Positions 18,911-28,549 are shown, counted from the stretch's first letter. The stretch: 62,431 nt of DNA from an uncultured Candidatus Woesearchaeota archaeon (GCA_963724455.1 CAVRUV010000013.1:1-62431), one strand, 5' to 3'. Notes: generated by a model not told the origin, from the letters alone. Numbers and translations: made by a program.

Positions 18911-19408
18911 ATGACTAATACTAGCTTATTTGGAAGAATGCTGCGCAAAACGCAAATAAGAGCACTAGAAAAAACAATTTTCGGTGCAGAATTCTCATTA
19001 GTTGGATCATTTGAAGATTCCAGCAGACAAACACTCAATTTTTTTGCACATACAAAATACCATCACTGGCAAGAACCAATCAAAGTACACTCAGCAGAAT
19101 CAGCAACAAGAGGATATCATCACGATACTGCACCATATATTCTAGGGTTCGAAGAGCTAGATGCATTAAGAGAAAAAACCATATTGCTCCTCCAAGAACA
19201 TGGCTTAACAAAAGGAGTATATCTTTTCTGCAATGAAATAAACCCGGAAGAACTTAAAGAATTTGTAAAATATAGCGCAAAAGATAAAATGCTAATAAAA
19301 CCGCACATCATCCACGAAGAATTCTTAAAACAACACTTCAAAAAACAACTAACAACAGGCAACAGTACATCTGCAATACCTCAATACACATTATTCGATT
19401 ACCGATAA
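18911..19408 (+). CDS. Hypothetical protein
   Basis: 165-aa ORF with no recognised motif. Confidence 0.45.
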   Translation: MTNTSLFGRMLRKTQIRALEKTIFGAEFSLVGSFEDSSRQTLNFFAHTKYHHWQEPIKVHSAESATRGYHHDTAPYILGFEELDALREKTILLLQEHGLTKGVYLFCNEINPEELKEFVKYSAKDKMLIKPHIIHEEFLKQHFKKQLTTGNSTSAIPQYTLFDYR

Positions 19409-19532
19409 AAAAATATAAAAATCTTCTAGTCAAAAAAATAAATAGAATTAACAAAAAACATGTGATAATATTCTTTTCCACAAGACAAACTACAGACAAC
19501 CATAAATACCCCACTCTCTTCACATAAGTTAG

Positions 19533-19679
19533 AACGCGGAGCAAGTATTCTCCCATCCGGTCCGAGGATTTACGAAAAGTCGTCTGCAAACACTCAGCAA
19601 ACAATTTTTGTCTGCTGGTGCGCCAGAAGCGTTGCTTCTGAGCGAATCGACAACTTTTCTGCATTTACTCCAAGGCGTT
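19533..19679 (-). ncRNA. Structured repeat family, copy H (insertion in the loop)
   Basis: Minus-strand reading: AACGC-CTT-GGAGTAAA...CTCC-GCGTT. Hairpin GAAAAGTTGTC / GACGACTTTTC includes a T-G wobble. The loop GATTC[~55 nt]TTTGCAG is interrupted by a self-complementary insert. Confidence 0.5.
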
Positions 19680-19718
19680 TCATAAGTTAAAACGAAAAAT
19701 ACTTACGAGAAAACTACA

Positions 19719-20942
19719 ATGAAATTCACCCATACTGCTGATTGCCACATCGGAGGACACCGAGATCCTAGACTGAAAGCTCTAACAGAACAAGCATTCT
19801 TGCAATACGTTGACCAAACAATAGCAGCAAAAGTTGATTTCACAATTATTGCAGGCGACCTATTCAATACGGCAATTCCAGGAATTGACACGTTAAAGTT
19901 TACAGTAACACAACTAAACAAATTCAAGCAAAACAACATCCCAGTATATGCAATACCGGGAAGCCATGATTTTTCTCCAAGCGGAAAAACAATGCTCGAC
20001 GTACTAGAAGAAGCAGGACTTCTCATCAATGTTTGCCGAGGAACAATAACTGCTGATGGAAAACTCAAACTCGCATTTACCCAAGATAAAAAAACTGGTG
20101 TGAAACTCACAGGAGTTATAGGAAAAAAAGGCATGCTCGATCGCAACATCTACAATGAACTGGATCAAAGCATTTCTAATGAACCTGGACAAAAAATATT
20201 CTTGTTCCACACGTCCATTTCAGAACTAAAACCACAACACTTGCAAGAAATGGAAAGTTATCCAGTAAGCTTCCTTCCCAAAAACTTTGAATATTATGCG
20301 GGTGGTCACGTGCATATTGTTCAACGCTATGAACAGCAAGGCTACAAGAATGTGATCTATCCTGGACCGTTATTTCCAAATAGTTTTTCAGAACTAGAAA
20401 AATTACAACACGGCGGATATTACCTATATGAGAACAGCACCGCGACATATCAACCAATAATCCTTAAACAAGTAGTGCAACTATCAATCGATGCCGATGG
20501 GATAGATGCGCAGAATCTTAGAGTAAGACTAGAAGAAAAATCAAAAACTGCACAAGTAAAAGATGCCATCATCTTATTGCGTTTGCACGGAACGCTTTCG
20601 GCAGGAAATGTTGCTGAAGTTGCACTCGCGGAAGCGATAAGAATACTAGAAGAACGAGGAGCATTCATAGTGCTTAGAAATATCGGACAATTAAACACAA
20701 AAGAATTCCAACAGATTGCCATAGAACAGCAAGATACACCGCATGAACTAGAAGAAAAATTATTGCATGAACACACAAAAGAGCTTGCACTAAAAGGAAA
20801 AAATGGCGCGCAAAGGGACGGCGCTATGCTAGCAAAAAATCTTCTTAAAGCACTTGGACGTGAACCAATAGATGGAGAAAAGGTTACTGAACATCAAGAT
20901 CGCATGATAAAAGATGGTCTGCAAATCATTGATACACAATAA
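19719..20942 (+). CDS. mre11: Mre11-type DNA repair nuclease (calcineurin-like phosphoesterase)
   Basis: Motifs HTADCHIGG, AGDLFN, GSHD and GGHVH in the canonical Mre11/SbcD order. Confidence 0.75.
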   Translation: MKFTHTADCHIGGHRDPRLKALTEQAFLQYVDQTIAAKVDFTIIAGDLFNTAIPGIDTLKFTVTQLNKFKQNNIPVYAIPGSHDFSPSGKTMLDVLEEAGLLINVCRGTITADGKLKLAFTQDKKTGVKLTGVIGKKGMLDRNIYNELDQSISNEPGQKIFLFHTSISELKPQHLQEMESYPVSFLPKNFEYYAGGHVHIVQRYEQQGYKNVIYPGPLFPNSFSELEKLQHGGYYLYENSTATYQPIILKQVVQLSIDADGIDAQNLRVRLEEKSKTAQVKDAIILLRLHGTLSAGNVAEVALAEAIRILEERGAFIVLRNIGQLNTKEFQQIAIEQQDTPHELEEKLLHEHTKELALKGKNGAQRDGAMLAKNLLKALGREPIDGEKVTEHQDRMIKDGLQIIDTQ

Positions 20943-20996
20943 CTATCCCAACACGAAAAAAATACCATACGAGAAAATACCTTATACAATATAATC

Positions 20997-21608
20997 CTAA
21001 ACAACGTTAGTCTGCATTGCAATATTGTTCTGCATTGAATGCACCTTTCTTCTAACAAGTCTGCTTTTCACAAAAGTAGAATGCGGTATAAGAAACAAAT
21101 CACCATTATCACGCAAAATGCGAGTATGAATTATACCTATCTTGCCAACTGTACCCGTAAGCACTCCGTGTGGTGTAAAGACAGTCAATACTTCACCTTC
21201 CTTAACGCGATTTCGCACAGAAAATCTCGAATGTGCATTTGGATAAAATATTAATAAGAACTGTATGAACTTAAAGAGCAATAAGAGAACGATTACACCT
21301 ACTAGCACATACACAACATACAACAAAATCCCCAACTTATACAATGCAAAAGTAATAGTTGATGCATAAATTAAACGAACAATCGTATGCCTTGTTGCGC
21401 GTGCATAATTTCTTTTTGCACGAAATACTGAAGAAATTTTTTCATCAAATTTTATTTCAGAAAAAAATCGACGTAGTATACTATCAACCACTCCACCTAA
21501 AATAATCCCCACGAATACTATTACCACAATAATTATGTAAGGGTCAATATAAGCAGACATCACCCTAAAGCTTTTATCCGCCGAATGAAGTACATCAATT
21601 AATGCCAT
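20997..21608 (-). CDS. Small MscS-like mechanosensitive channel protein
   Basis: 3 TM segments followed by an MscS beta-domain-like 'GEVLTVFTPHGVLTGTVGKIGIIHTRILRDNGDLFLIPHSTF'. Confidence 0.5.
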   Translation of the reverse strand: MALIDVLHSADKSFRVMSAYIDPYIIIVVIVFVGIILGGVVDSILRRFFSEIKFDEKISSVFRAKRNYARATRHTIVRLIYASTITFALYKLGILLYVVYVLVGVIVLLLLFKFIQFLLIFYPNAHSRFSVRNRVKEGEVLTVFTPHGVLTGTVGKIGIIHTRILRDNGDLFLIPHSTFVKSRLVRRKVHSMQNNIAMQTNVV

Positions 21609-21839
21609 GCACTAATGACCGTTTCTTGCTATAAAAAGCTATCGTAGAAAATCGACAGATTATGACTAAAATAATAATAAAATAAAAAACATGAATGGAT
21701 TATGACAATAACTTGATAAAATAATAACTTGCAAAAATAACATGCAATCCTGAATTATGAGAAATATACTTCAAAAAACAAAATAATACAACAAAACAAT
21801 ATTACAAAATAATACAAAAAACGCAAAATAATATTTCTA

Positions 21840-23681
21840 TTAGCGAGTACTGCGAAGTTTAATCTGCAATTCTAAAAGAGTACTAGCGCTCCAAGCTTGC
21901 GCATAACAACCGGCTGCTTCCTGTGATCTTGCACTTGAAAGCTCACTAGAGTGGCCTGCAAATCCTTGCGTAAGCAAATCATCCATGCTTGCAGCACATA
22001 TACGACTAATACATTCCTTATAGGCATCAGGATCTACTGCAAACATCGCTTGAGCAGCCATATTATTCACAAAATACCAGGAATCCCCGCGATGATATGA
22101 AGCAACATTTTCACCAGTATAAATATCATGGAAATTCGAATCATGCACGCTTATACTGGATAATCCGCCCCAAGAAAGCCAAAGCTCTGCTAGCGCGCAA
22201 TCAAATATAATCTTCCACTCCGATTGTGAGAAAAGCTTTGGCGCAACATACCACGCAATAAACATGTTTGGCCGTACAACAGTATCTAAAGATCCGTCTG
22301 CATGCAATCCATCCATAAGCATTCCGCTAACGAATAATTTTGCATGTACCGCATCAAGTACTTCTTTTGCAACACGAGATTTATTCTTATCTACGACAGT
22401 TTTGGTCATCGTGCATAAATGAACATGCGCATCAAACAATGCCAAAAATAATGCTTGAATTTCTACTCTGGCACCGGTTCTTCCATCATCGGCATAACTC
22501 GTATCCATCCAAGTAGTATTATACTCATTCCAAATGAGTCCATCACGCAATCTGCTCATGCAATTATCAATTATACGGCCGGTAGAATCCCGCCAATGAT
22601 TAAGAGCGTCTCGTGGAAGTAGATGCACTAAATTATCGTCGGAGAGCTTTATTATCAAATCTCTCGTGCGTTTTCCGAGCCATCCTGATGCATCCGCACT
22701 AGGCAATCCCTTATCAGGATAAATGGCAGGAAGAGTCCCATCCTTTCTTACAGCACTAAACCATTTATCTAAAATTGAAATTACTTCCGTATAACGTTTT
22801 GCAGCAAGTAATCCTCCGACTGAAATGAGCTCATCACGGCTCCATTCTTGAAAAAACCACGGAAGCCCCGCCATAATACCAGTTCTTGTATGTAATGACT
22901 CGAGCGCTCTCCAAGTTAAAAGTTCTCTAGGGGGTAATGTTGGCAATCCTTTTTGATAAGATGACCTATACTCGTTTACAAGAGAATCTTTTCTTGCAAA
23001 AATTTCTAATGCTGATCTTCGTGCATCTTCAGGAGATTGTGCTGTAGATATTGTCACATGACCTTTTCCGCTTAACACACCTACATCGTACACCCAAGGA
23101 ATGGTGTGTGTCCCCCTACGAACATCATAAGAATAATTAGCTTCTTTCCACAACTCCTTTTGCACAAAATCCATATCTGTTGCAATAGCAAGATATGTAC
23201 GATACTGTTGATTAGAAAGAGAAGAATCTGTATATTTAGTATACGTTACCGTGATTACACTCATTCCATTCAGATTCATTCGTTCAATAGAGTACATTCT
23301 TCCTTGATCAGATTCATCATACAATTTTTTACAATCAAGAGATACTACAAAATTTCCTTCAAGTTCAGATAATATCCCTTGCTCAAAAAGAAATAATTCT
23401 TGTTTTGCACAATCATATCTTCGCTCAACACTCGTACCATCTAATACAAGAGCATGCAATTCTGATTCAGCAGATGCTAGAGGAGCAATATCAAAAAGAA
23501 TCTTATGATAACCATCTTCTTTTTTTACAAAATATCCATTGTAATTACTTGTATTCGGAGAACCTAACGAAAAATAATCACCATGCTTATTTGTTAACAA
23601 AAATATTCCATTTGAGGCATGAGCAGGAATAGATGCATTAGCAATTTTGTGTTTAATCTCGACAGTCATGAAATGCTCCAA
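21840..23681 (-). CDS. Glycogen debranching enzyme (amylo-alpha-1,6-glucosidase, GDE_C type)
   Basis: 'GLPWFFQEWSRDELIS' and the C-terminal (alpha/alpha)6-type region 'YHRGDSWYFVNN...CYAQAWS' are typical of archaeal/bacterial GDE. Confidence 0.8.
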   Translation of the reverse strand: MEHFMTVEIKHKIANASIPAHASNGIFLLTNKHGDYFSLGSPNTSNYNGYFVKKEDGYHKILFDIAPLASAESELHALVLDGTSVERRYDCAKQELFLFEQGILSELEGNFVVSLDCKKLYDESDQGRMYSIERMNLNGMSVITVTYTKYTDSSLSNQQYRTYLAIATDMDFVQKELWKEANYSYDVRRGTHTIPWVYDVGVLSGKGHVTISTAQSPEDARRSALEIFARKDSLVNEYRSSYQKGLPTLPPRELLTWRALESLHTRTGIMAGLPWFFQEWSRDELISVGGLLAAKRYTEVISILDKWFSAVRKDGTLPAIYPDKGLPSADASGWLGKRTRDLIIKLSDDNLVHLLPRDALNHWRDSTGRIIDNCMSRLRDGLIWNEYNTTWMDTSYADDGRTGARVEIQALFLALFDAHVHLCTMTKTVVDKNKSRVAKEVLDAVHAKLFVSGMLMDGLHADGSLDTVVRPNMFIAWYVAPKLFSQSEWKIIFDCALAELWLSWGGLSSISVHDSNFHDIYTGENVASYHRGDSWYFVNNMAAQAMFAVDPDAYKECISRICAASMDDLLTQGFAGHSSELSSARSQEAAGCYAQAWSASTLLELQIKLRSTR

Positions 23682-23760
23682 TAATTAAATAATAAATTTT
23701 TTACGTTAAATTTTTCGGTTATATTTTTTAAGTTATATTTTTTAATTCGTTATTCTTAGT

Positions 23761-25581
23761 TCATGATTTTGTCATGCGTTGCACAGCAAGGTTGTGCGCT
23801 GTGATGTAGTGCTTTACAAAATTACTCCAATCACAAGTATTAGCCATCGCCTTTGAAAAGAATCCTAATTGTACTCGTTCAACATGACCGATGGTAGTAT
23901 ACCAATACAAACTTTCTGTAAGTTTTGCAATAACTTCTTCTTTAGATTTCCCAAGACGTTGTAAAATAAATTTATCTTGCGTAGGAGTTTGTTGTTGAGA
24001 TAACAAATACCTTCCATATCCTGCTAAATCAGTAGTGATTGCAGGAATTCCAACCACAGCATTTTCAAGTGGAGTATACCCCCACGGTTCATACGCACTA
24101 GCGAATACTCCGAGGTGCGTTCCGACGATTGCATCATAATAAGGTATATTCAAAAGACCATCGGAACCATCAAGCGTTCCTGGATACAACAACACTTTTA
24201 CAGTATCCTCTTGCTTATTTGTTAATCCATTTGCAATACATGCGCGAACTATGAGATTATCTTCCCAATTTCCAATATCATGCGTAACTAAAGTTGGAGT
24301 TCCAGTTCTATGCAACATCCTAACTCCAGCATACAAATCTTTGACAAGCGTGCTTGTAAAAATATCATCTTCACCGGGCCTATGTCCGCTCAACATATCA
24401 AGCACGAGTCTTTGTGTAATCTGCTTTCCTTTCCACTCAACGCTGCTTTTGACGTGCTGATAGAAGCTTTTATTCTCAAGCAAATCATCACGTACACCGC
24501 CACGTCCCATAAGAACCCAAAAGAAAACAACTATCGTTTTGTTCGATCCTTCTTGACGCAAGCGTTGGTTTAATCGACCCAAAGACTCAATGAATACATC
24601 CATTCCTTTATTCTGGAATTCATATCGTCCGCTTGTAAAAAAGAATAATGTCTTGTCAAGATCGAACGAATAATGTGGAAAAAAAGTGTATGCTATAAGC
24701 TCTTTTAAAAGTTCCTTACTCTGCAGATGACGAATGCTTGTTTCTTCAAACGTTGGAAAACTATCAATATGAAATCCATTGTACAACAGTATATCTGGTT
24801 TTTTTCCAAGCAGTTTTTCTGCTTCCATACCAGTTATTTCACTAACGGTAGTAAAGACTTCGGCAGCATGAGCGCAAGCAACTTCGGCAGTATGTTTTTC
24901 CTGAACATTTAATTTGTATGCCCACTCCATTGGATTAATAGTATCGATTATATCATACAAAGAATAACCATTACCTGCAATAGAACGTCCGAGCATTGTT
25001 GCGTGCGTCGTGAAAATAGTTGCAACAGGAGCATTTTTTAATTTAAGATACAACAACGCAAATCCAGCAATCCACTCATGGCATTGCGCTACAACTTTTT
25101 GCGGCATCGGTTCTTGCTGTTGTTTTTCATACTCTTCAATCAACATGCCGGCTGCTGTTGCAAAACATAATGGTTCTTCAAACTCCCAGCTTGCGTGTAA
25201 CGAATCAACTTTGAATCGCTCCCAATACTGAAATTTAAATTCATCTTTACGATGTACAAACCCTTTGAAATCGATAAGAATAGTTTCTGGTTCACCGGTA
25301 ATGAGCCATACCCCGTAAGAACAAATTATTCCTCTTGGTGCAAGCACTGCAAAAACTGCTTTTAGATCGTCGGGAACAGGTCTTGGATCAAACTCCTGAT
25401 TCGGGCGATCAAATGCAGGACCTACAACAATATAACGCTTATAATAATTCTGCACAAAAGGAACTTTGCTTTGTACAACAGTATAAATGCCGCCGACTTT
25501 ATTGCAGACCTCCCAAGAGACCTCAAATAATGTATCCCCAAGCGCGCTATCTGCTGGTGCAGTTACCATGTGCTCACTCAC
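23761..25581 (-). CDS. Glycogen synthase, GT3 (eukaryote-type) family
   Basis: 'FEVSWEVCNKVGGIYTVVQSK' closely mirrors the eukaryotic glycogen synthase N-terminus; 606 aa. Start overlaps the upstream stop by 4 nt. Confidence 0.85.
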   Translation of the reverse strand: MSEHMVTAPADSALGDTLFEVSWEVCNKVGGIYTVVQSKVPFVQNYYKRYIVVGPAFDRPNQEFDPRPVPDDLKAVFAVLAPRGIICSYGVWLITGEPETILIDFKGFVHRKDEFKFQYWERFKVDSLHASWEFEEPLCFATAAGMLIEEYEKQQQEPMPQKVVAQCHEWIAGFALLYLKLKNAPVATIFTTHATMLGRSIAGNGYSLYDIIDTINPMEWAYKLNVQEKHTAEVACAHAAEVFTTVSEITGMEAEKLLGKKPDILLYNGFHIDSFPTFEETSIRHLQSKELLKELIAYTFFPHYSFDLDKTLFFFTSGRYEFQNKGMDVFIESLGRLNQRLRQEGSNKTIVVFFWVLMGRGGVRDDLLENKSFYQHVKSSVEWKGKQITQRLVLDMLSGHRPGEDDIFTSTLVKDLYAGVRMLHRTGTPTLVTHDIGNWEDNLIVRACIANGLTNKQEDTVKVLLYPGTLDGSDGLLNIPYYDAIVGTHLGVFASAYEPWGYTPLENAVVGIPAITTDLAGYGRYLLSQQQTPTQDKFILQRLGKSKEEVIAKLTESLYWYTTIGHVERVQLGFFSKAMANTCDWSNFVKHYITAHNLAVQRMTKS

Positions 25582-26330
25582 ATCGATATTATACGTCCGA
25601 TAATCATGCCCAAGATGAGACCGAAAATAAGACCGTAGATGAAATCTTTTACTATGAGACGAGTCATATCGGATTCATCGAATGCACTATGTGTTTTCTT
25701 CTGCGCTGTACCTTGTTCAGATTTATGTTCTGGAGAATCAGAAGAATCAGAAGATTCCACATGTTTTTGTGCATAAAGTTTTTGACGTGCAGCATCTTCA
25801 TGACCAAAAAGCTCTTCACGAATCTTTTTTTCTTCAGCAACAAGAGTTGGAGAATTTGTAGCAAAAGAAGTTGTAGAATGATTGGTTGGTTTTCTAATGC
25901 CTAACTTTTCTTCAATGATTGATAGATCAATCGGTTCTGGATCGTGCGTTGGTGCAAAAACTGGATTTACCGTAGGAACTTCCTCAATAACAGCAGGTTC
26001 ATCGGTATCAGCAGAAAATTTTACATGAAGGTCATCATCTTCGATTCTTGATTGCATATCAGTCCGCGAAGAAAGAACGGGTCTTGGATGTAAACAGTCT
26101 TCGATTATTTCAACAGTTTCAACAATGCTGTTTATGTGTTGCAGATCATCTGCTAATCGTTCATCCTTTAGAACATATTTTATCCAACTAGCAAAATCAT
26201 TCTTATCTGCATTCACATGATGATAAAATTCTTGATAGCTAATTGTTTCTAGTTTTGATTTAAGCTGTTGTAAATTTGCAGCAGTCGCACCATCTCTGAA
26301 GTGAAACTGTTTTTCGTATGGAACGTCCAT
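25578..26330 (-). CDS. Tail-anchored protein with N-terminal 'HHVNADKNDF' domain
   Basis: Start moved to MDVPYEK (ATG 26330-26328), preceded by GGGGGAT. The N-domain is paralogous to that of 26444-26863. Acidic linker, then C-terminal TM IYGLIFGLILGMIIGRII. Confidence 0.55.
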   Translation of the reverse strand: MDVPYEKQFHFRDGATAANLQQLKSKLETISYQEFYHHVNADKNDFASWIKYVLKDERLADDLQHINSIVETVEIIEDCLHPRPVLSSRTDMQSRIEDDDLHVKFSADTDEPAVIEEVPTVNPVFAPTHDPEPIDLSIIEEKLGIRKPTNHSTTSFATNSPTLVAEEKKIREELFGHEDAARQKLYAQKHVESSDSSDSPEHKSEQGTAQKKTHSAFDESDMTRLIVKDFIYGLIFGLILGMIIGRIISM

Positions 26331-26443
26331 GTAATCCCCCCATTGCCCTTCCGGGCGCGATATGTGATATGAAAAATATAACAAAAAAATAATTCAAAAA
26401 AAATGAAGAATGATAATCTACTTCATCATTTCAAATGAAGATA

Positions 26444-26863
26444 TTACTCATGCCCTGCCATATGCCGATAAATGACAAGCTGCAAGTGCTTCTTATCATT
26501 TATACCTGAAATTTTTCGAGCAAGCTCAACATCTTCAAATACATCTTTAACCCAGTTATGGAAATCGTTCCTGTCTGCGTTCACGTGATGATTGAAAACA
26601 TGGTCCTCTAGCTGATCGAGAATTGCTGCAAGTTCAGCGACATTTTTTATAGGCTGGCCATTTGCCAAGATGAAGTGTTTTTCTGTCGGAATATCGCGTG
26701 TCAAATTGTATACGCGCACTCTTGAAACAACTGGTTGTGTTGTCTTTACATTTCTCTTTGGTACTGACTTCTTTGCAGTGCGTTTTACTGCTTTTGGCTT
26801 TACTACTTTCTTAGGAGCCCTAGAACTCTTGACCTTTGAGGATACTGACTTTTTAGATGCCAT
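26444..26863 (-). CDS. Lys-rich protein with C-terminal 'HHVNADRNDF' domain
   Basis: N-terminal 45 aa are K/S/V/P-rich (KKVVKPKAVKRTAKKSVPK). The C-terminal ~80 aa align with the N-domain of 25578-26330. Confidence 0.55.
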   Translation of the reverse strand: MASKKSVSSKVKSSRAPKKVVKPKAVKRTAKKSVPKRNVKTTQPVVSRVRVYNLTRDIPTEKHFILANGQPIKNVAELAAILDQLEDHVFNHHVNADRNDFHNWVKDVFEDVELARKISGINDKKHLQLVIYRHMAGHE

Positions 26864-27066
26864 AATATCTCACCCTTTTAGATATGATTTGCGCACTTCA
26901 TATTTATAAGCATTTGGGTTTTTTAGAGCAATTATCGTCGAGAAATAGGTAAATTAGTTTTCATTATAAAGTAGATACAGATTTCTGAATCAAATAATAA
27001 ACTAGCTAAAAAAAAGAACTAATAAAAAAATAATCATCTACTAAAATCAAGAATTTAATCCTAGAC

Positions 27067-27237
27067 CTAGCAGCGACTACCGCACATACCACAGCATTTT
27101 GTCATCTTCTTCTTTGAAGCAACTGCTGCCTTTTTTGCAACTACTTTCTTTACTGTTGCAGTTTTTACTGCCGCAGTCTTTATTATTACTTTCTTTGGAA
27201 CTGCTTTCTTTACGCTTGTTTTTTTCTTTGCTGCCAT
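27067..27237 (-). CDS. 56-aa Lys/Ala/Val-rich microprotein ending in a Cys cluster
   Basis: Own translation, below the track cutoff: MAAKKKTSVKKAVPKKVIIKTAAVKTATVKKVVAKKAAVASKKKMTKCCGMCGSRC*. SD AGGTGAA lies 5 nt upstream of the ATG. Confidence 0.45.
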   Translation of the reverse strand: MAAKKKTSVKKAVPKKVIIKTAAVKTATVKKVVAKKAAVASKKKMTKCCGMCGSRC

Positions 27238-27289
27238 ATATTCACCTATTGAATTATTTGAATAGAATAATGAAAAATCTACTCCGAAA

Positions 27290-28549
27290 CTACTCTTCTA
27301 AAAGAAACTTCTCTACATGGGAACTAGGACGCATCTGCACAAGTCCCGGCTTTGTTAATCGATTAAGATTCACTTTTGCACGCAGAGCAATATCGTTAAG
27401 TACATTCATAAAACTAATATATCCTTCATATGGAGAATCATAAGGATTGAAGTACTTGTGCACGTCTCCATCTGAAAACCACTTCGTACACATATAATAA
27501 TAATGATCAGAGGTTGTGAGTCTACGCCAGTCTTCAATAAGCTGCAAATCGCCGCTTGCTTTGATTGCTCGTCCAAGTTTATACAACTCCTCAATAGAAT
27601 TAGTCTGCATAGCATTGCCAAGCCATGCTGACAAATCACGTTCAACATCTGCCCAGCTGATAAAATTATGAACATCAATTTCATCTCGTACAGAATATGA
27701 TTCCGAAACTTCACTCACTGTCTTGAAATCGTTATGCGGATGCTTCAATACTTCTCCAGGAAGCGCACGCAGGAAATCAAAGATGCCAGTATCTTCCCAT
27801 TGGTGTTCGCCAAATGTTTCGTAATCCATAAATAAGTTTACGATGTCACCATTGCCATTTACTGACGAAAGCCAATCTGCATATTTTTCTGCAGTAAGCG
27901 GCCAGCTCTCCCAACCGCGATTGCTAAAACGAAATGCTACATCATCAGAAAGACTGTAATTCTTCATAAGAAGCTTAAGGCCAGAAGTGGTTTTTGCATG
28001 ATAAACAAAATTGCTATTGCGCCAACCGAGCACTGCGTCCCACCCTTCAGCAAGAATTGTCTTAAAACCCATCTGCTCAACATACCATGCAAGTTCATTG
28101 TTATAGATGAGTTCAGTATTTCTGAACACTTTAGGAGTCTGCCCAAAAAGATCATGTACTAAAGCCATTTGCTTTGCTACTTGCTCTTTGAACTCATCTT
28201 TGTCATAAATGAAAGATAAGCTGTGATAATATGTTTCAGCAAGAAACTCTACTTGACCGGTTCTTGCAAGTTCTTTAAAACTCTCAAGGACTTCTGGAGC
28301 GTACAACCCCATCTGTTCTAAACAAACTCCAGAGACAGAAAAAGATATTTTGAATTGCCCGGGATAACGATGAATGAGATCAAGCATGACTTTATTTGTT
28401 GGCAAGTAGCACTTTCGCGCAACTTTACGCATAACTTCTGCATTTTTTTCATCATCAAAATAATTGTGATTACGACCGATATCAAAAACCTGATAGCGCC
28501 TCAGTCTAAATGGCTGATGTACTTGGAAGTAGAAACAGATACTGACCAC
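27290..28549 (-). CDS. Glycoside hydrolase family 57 (alpha-amylase / alpha-glucan-active)
   Basis: N-terminal 'ICFYFQVHQPFRLRRY', plus 'FMDYETFGEHQWE' and 'WADVERDLSAWLGN', are GH57-like. Confidence 0.8.
   Translation of the reverse strand: MVSICFYFQVHQPFRLRRYQVFDIGRNHNYFDDEKNAEVMRKVARKCYLPTNKVMLDLIHRYPGQFKISFSVSGVCLEQMGLYAPEVLESFKELARTGQVEFLAETYYHSLSFIYDKDEFKEQVAKQMALVHDLFGQTPKVFRNTELIYNNELAWYVEQMGFKTILAEGWDAVLGWRNSNFVYHAKTTSGLKLLMKNYSLSDDVAFRFSNRGWESWPLTAEKYADWLSSVNGNGDIVNLFMDYETFGEHQWEDTGIFDFLRALPGEVLKHPHNDFKTVSEVSESYSVRDEIDVHNFISWADVERDLSAWLGNAMQTNSIEELYKLGRAIKASGDLQLIEDWRRLTTSDHYYYMCTKWFSDGDVHKYFNPYDSPYEGYISFMNVLNDIALRAKVNLNRLTKPGLVQMRPSSHVEKFLLEE

Noticed and set aside
19338-19664. 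108-aa minus-strand ORF
   Set aside because: It is composed of the 3' end of the 18911-19408 gene read antisense plus element copy H. The Arg/Cys/Leu-rich composition is typical of non-coding frames.
27099-27443. 114-aa plus-strand ORF (Leu/Ser low complexity)
   Set aside because: It is the antisense shadow of the Lys-rich micro-ORF (AAG/AAA read as CTT/TTT) and overlaps the GH57 3' end.
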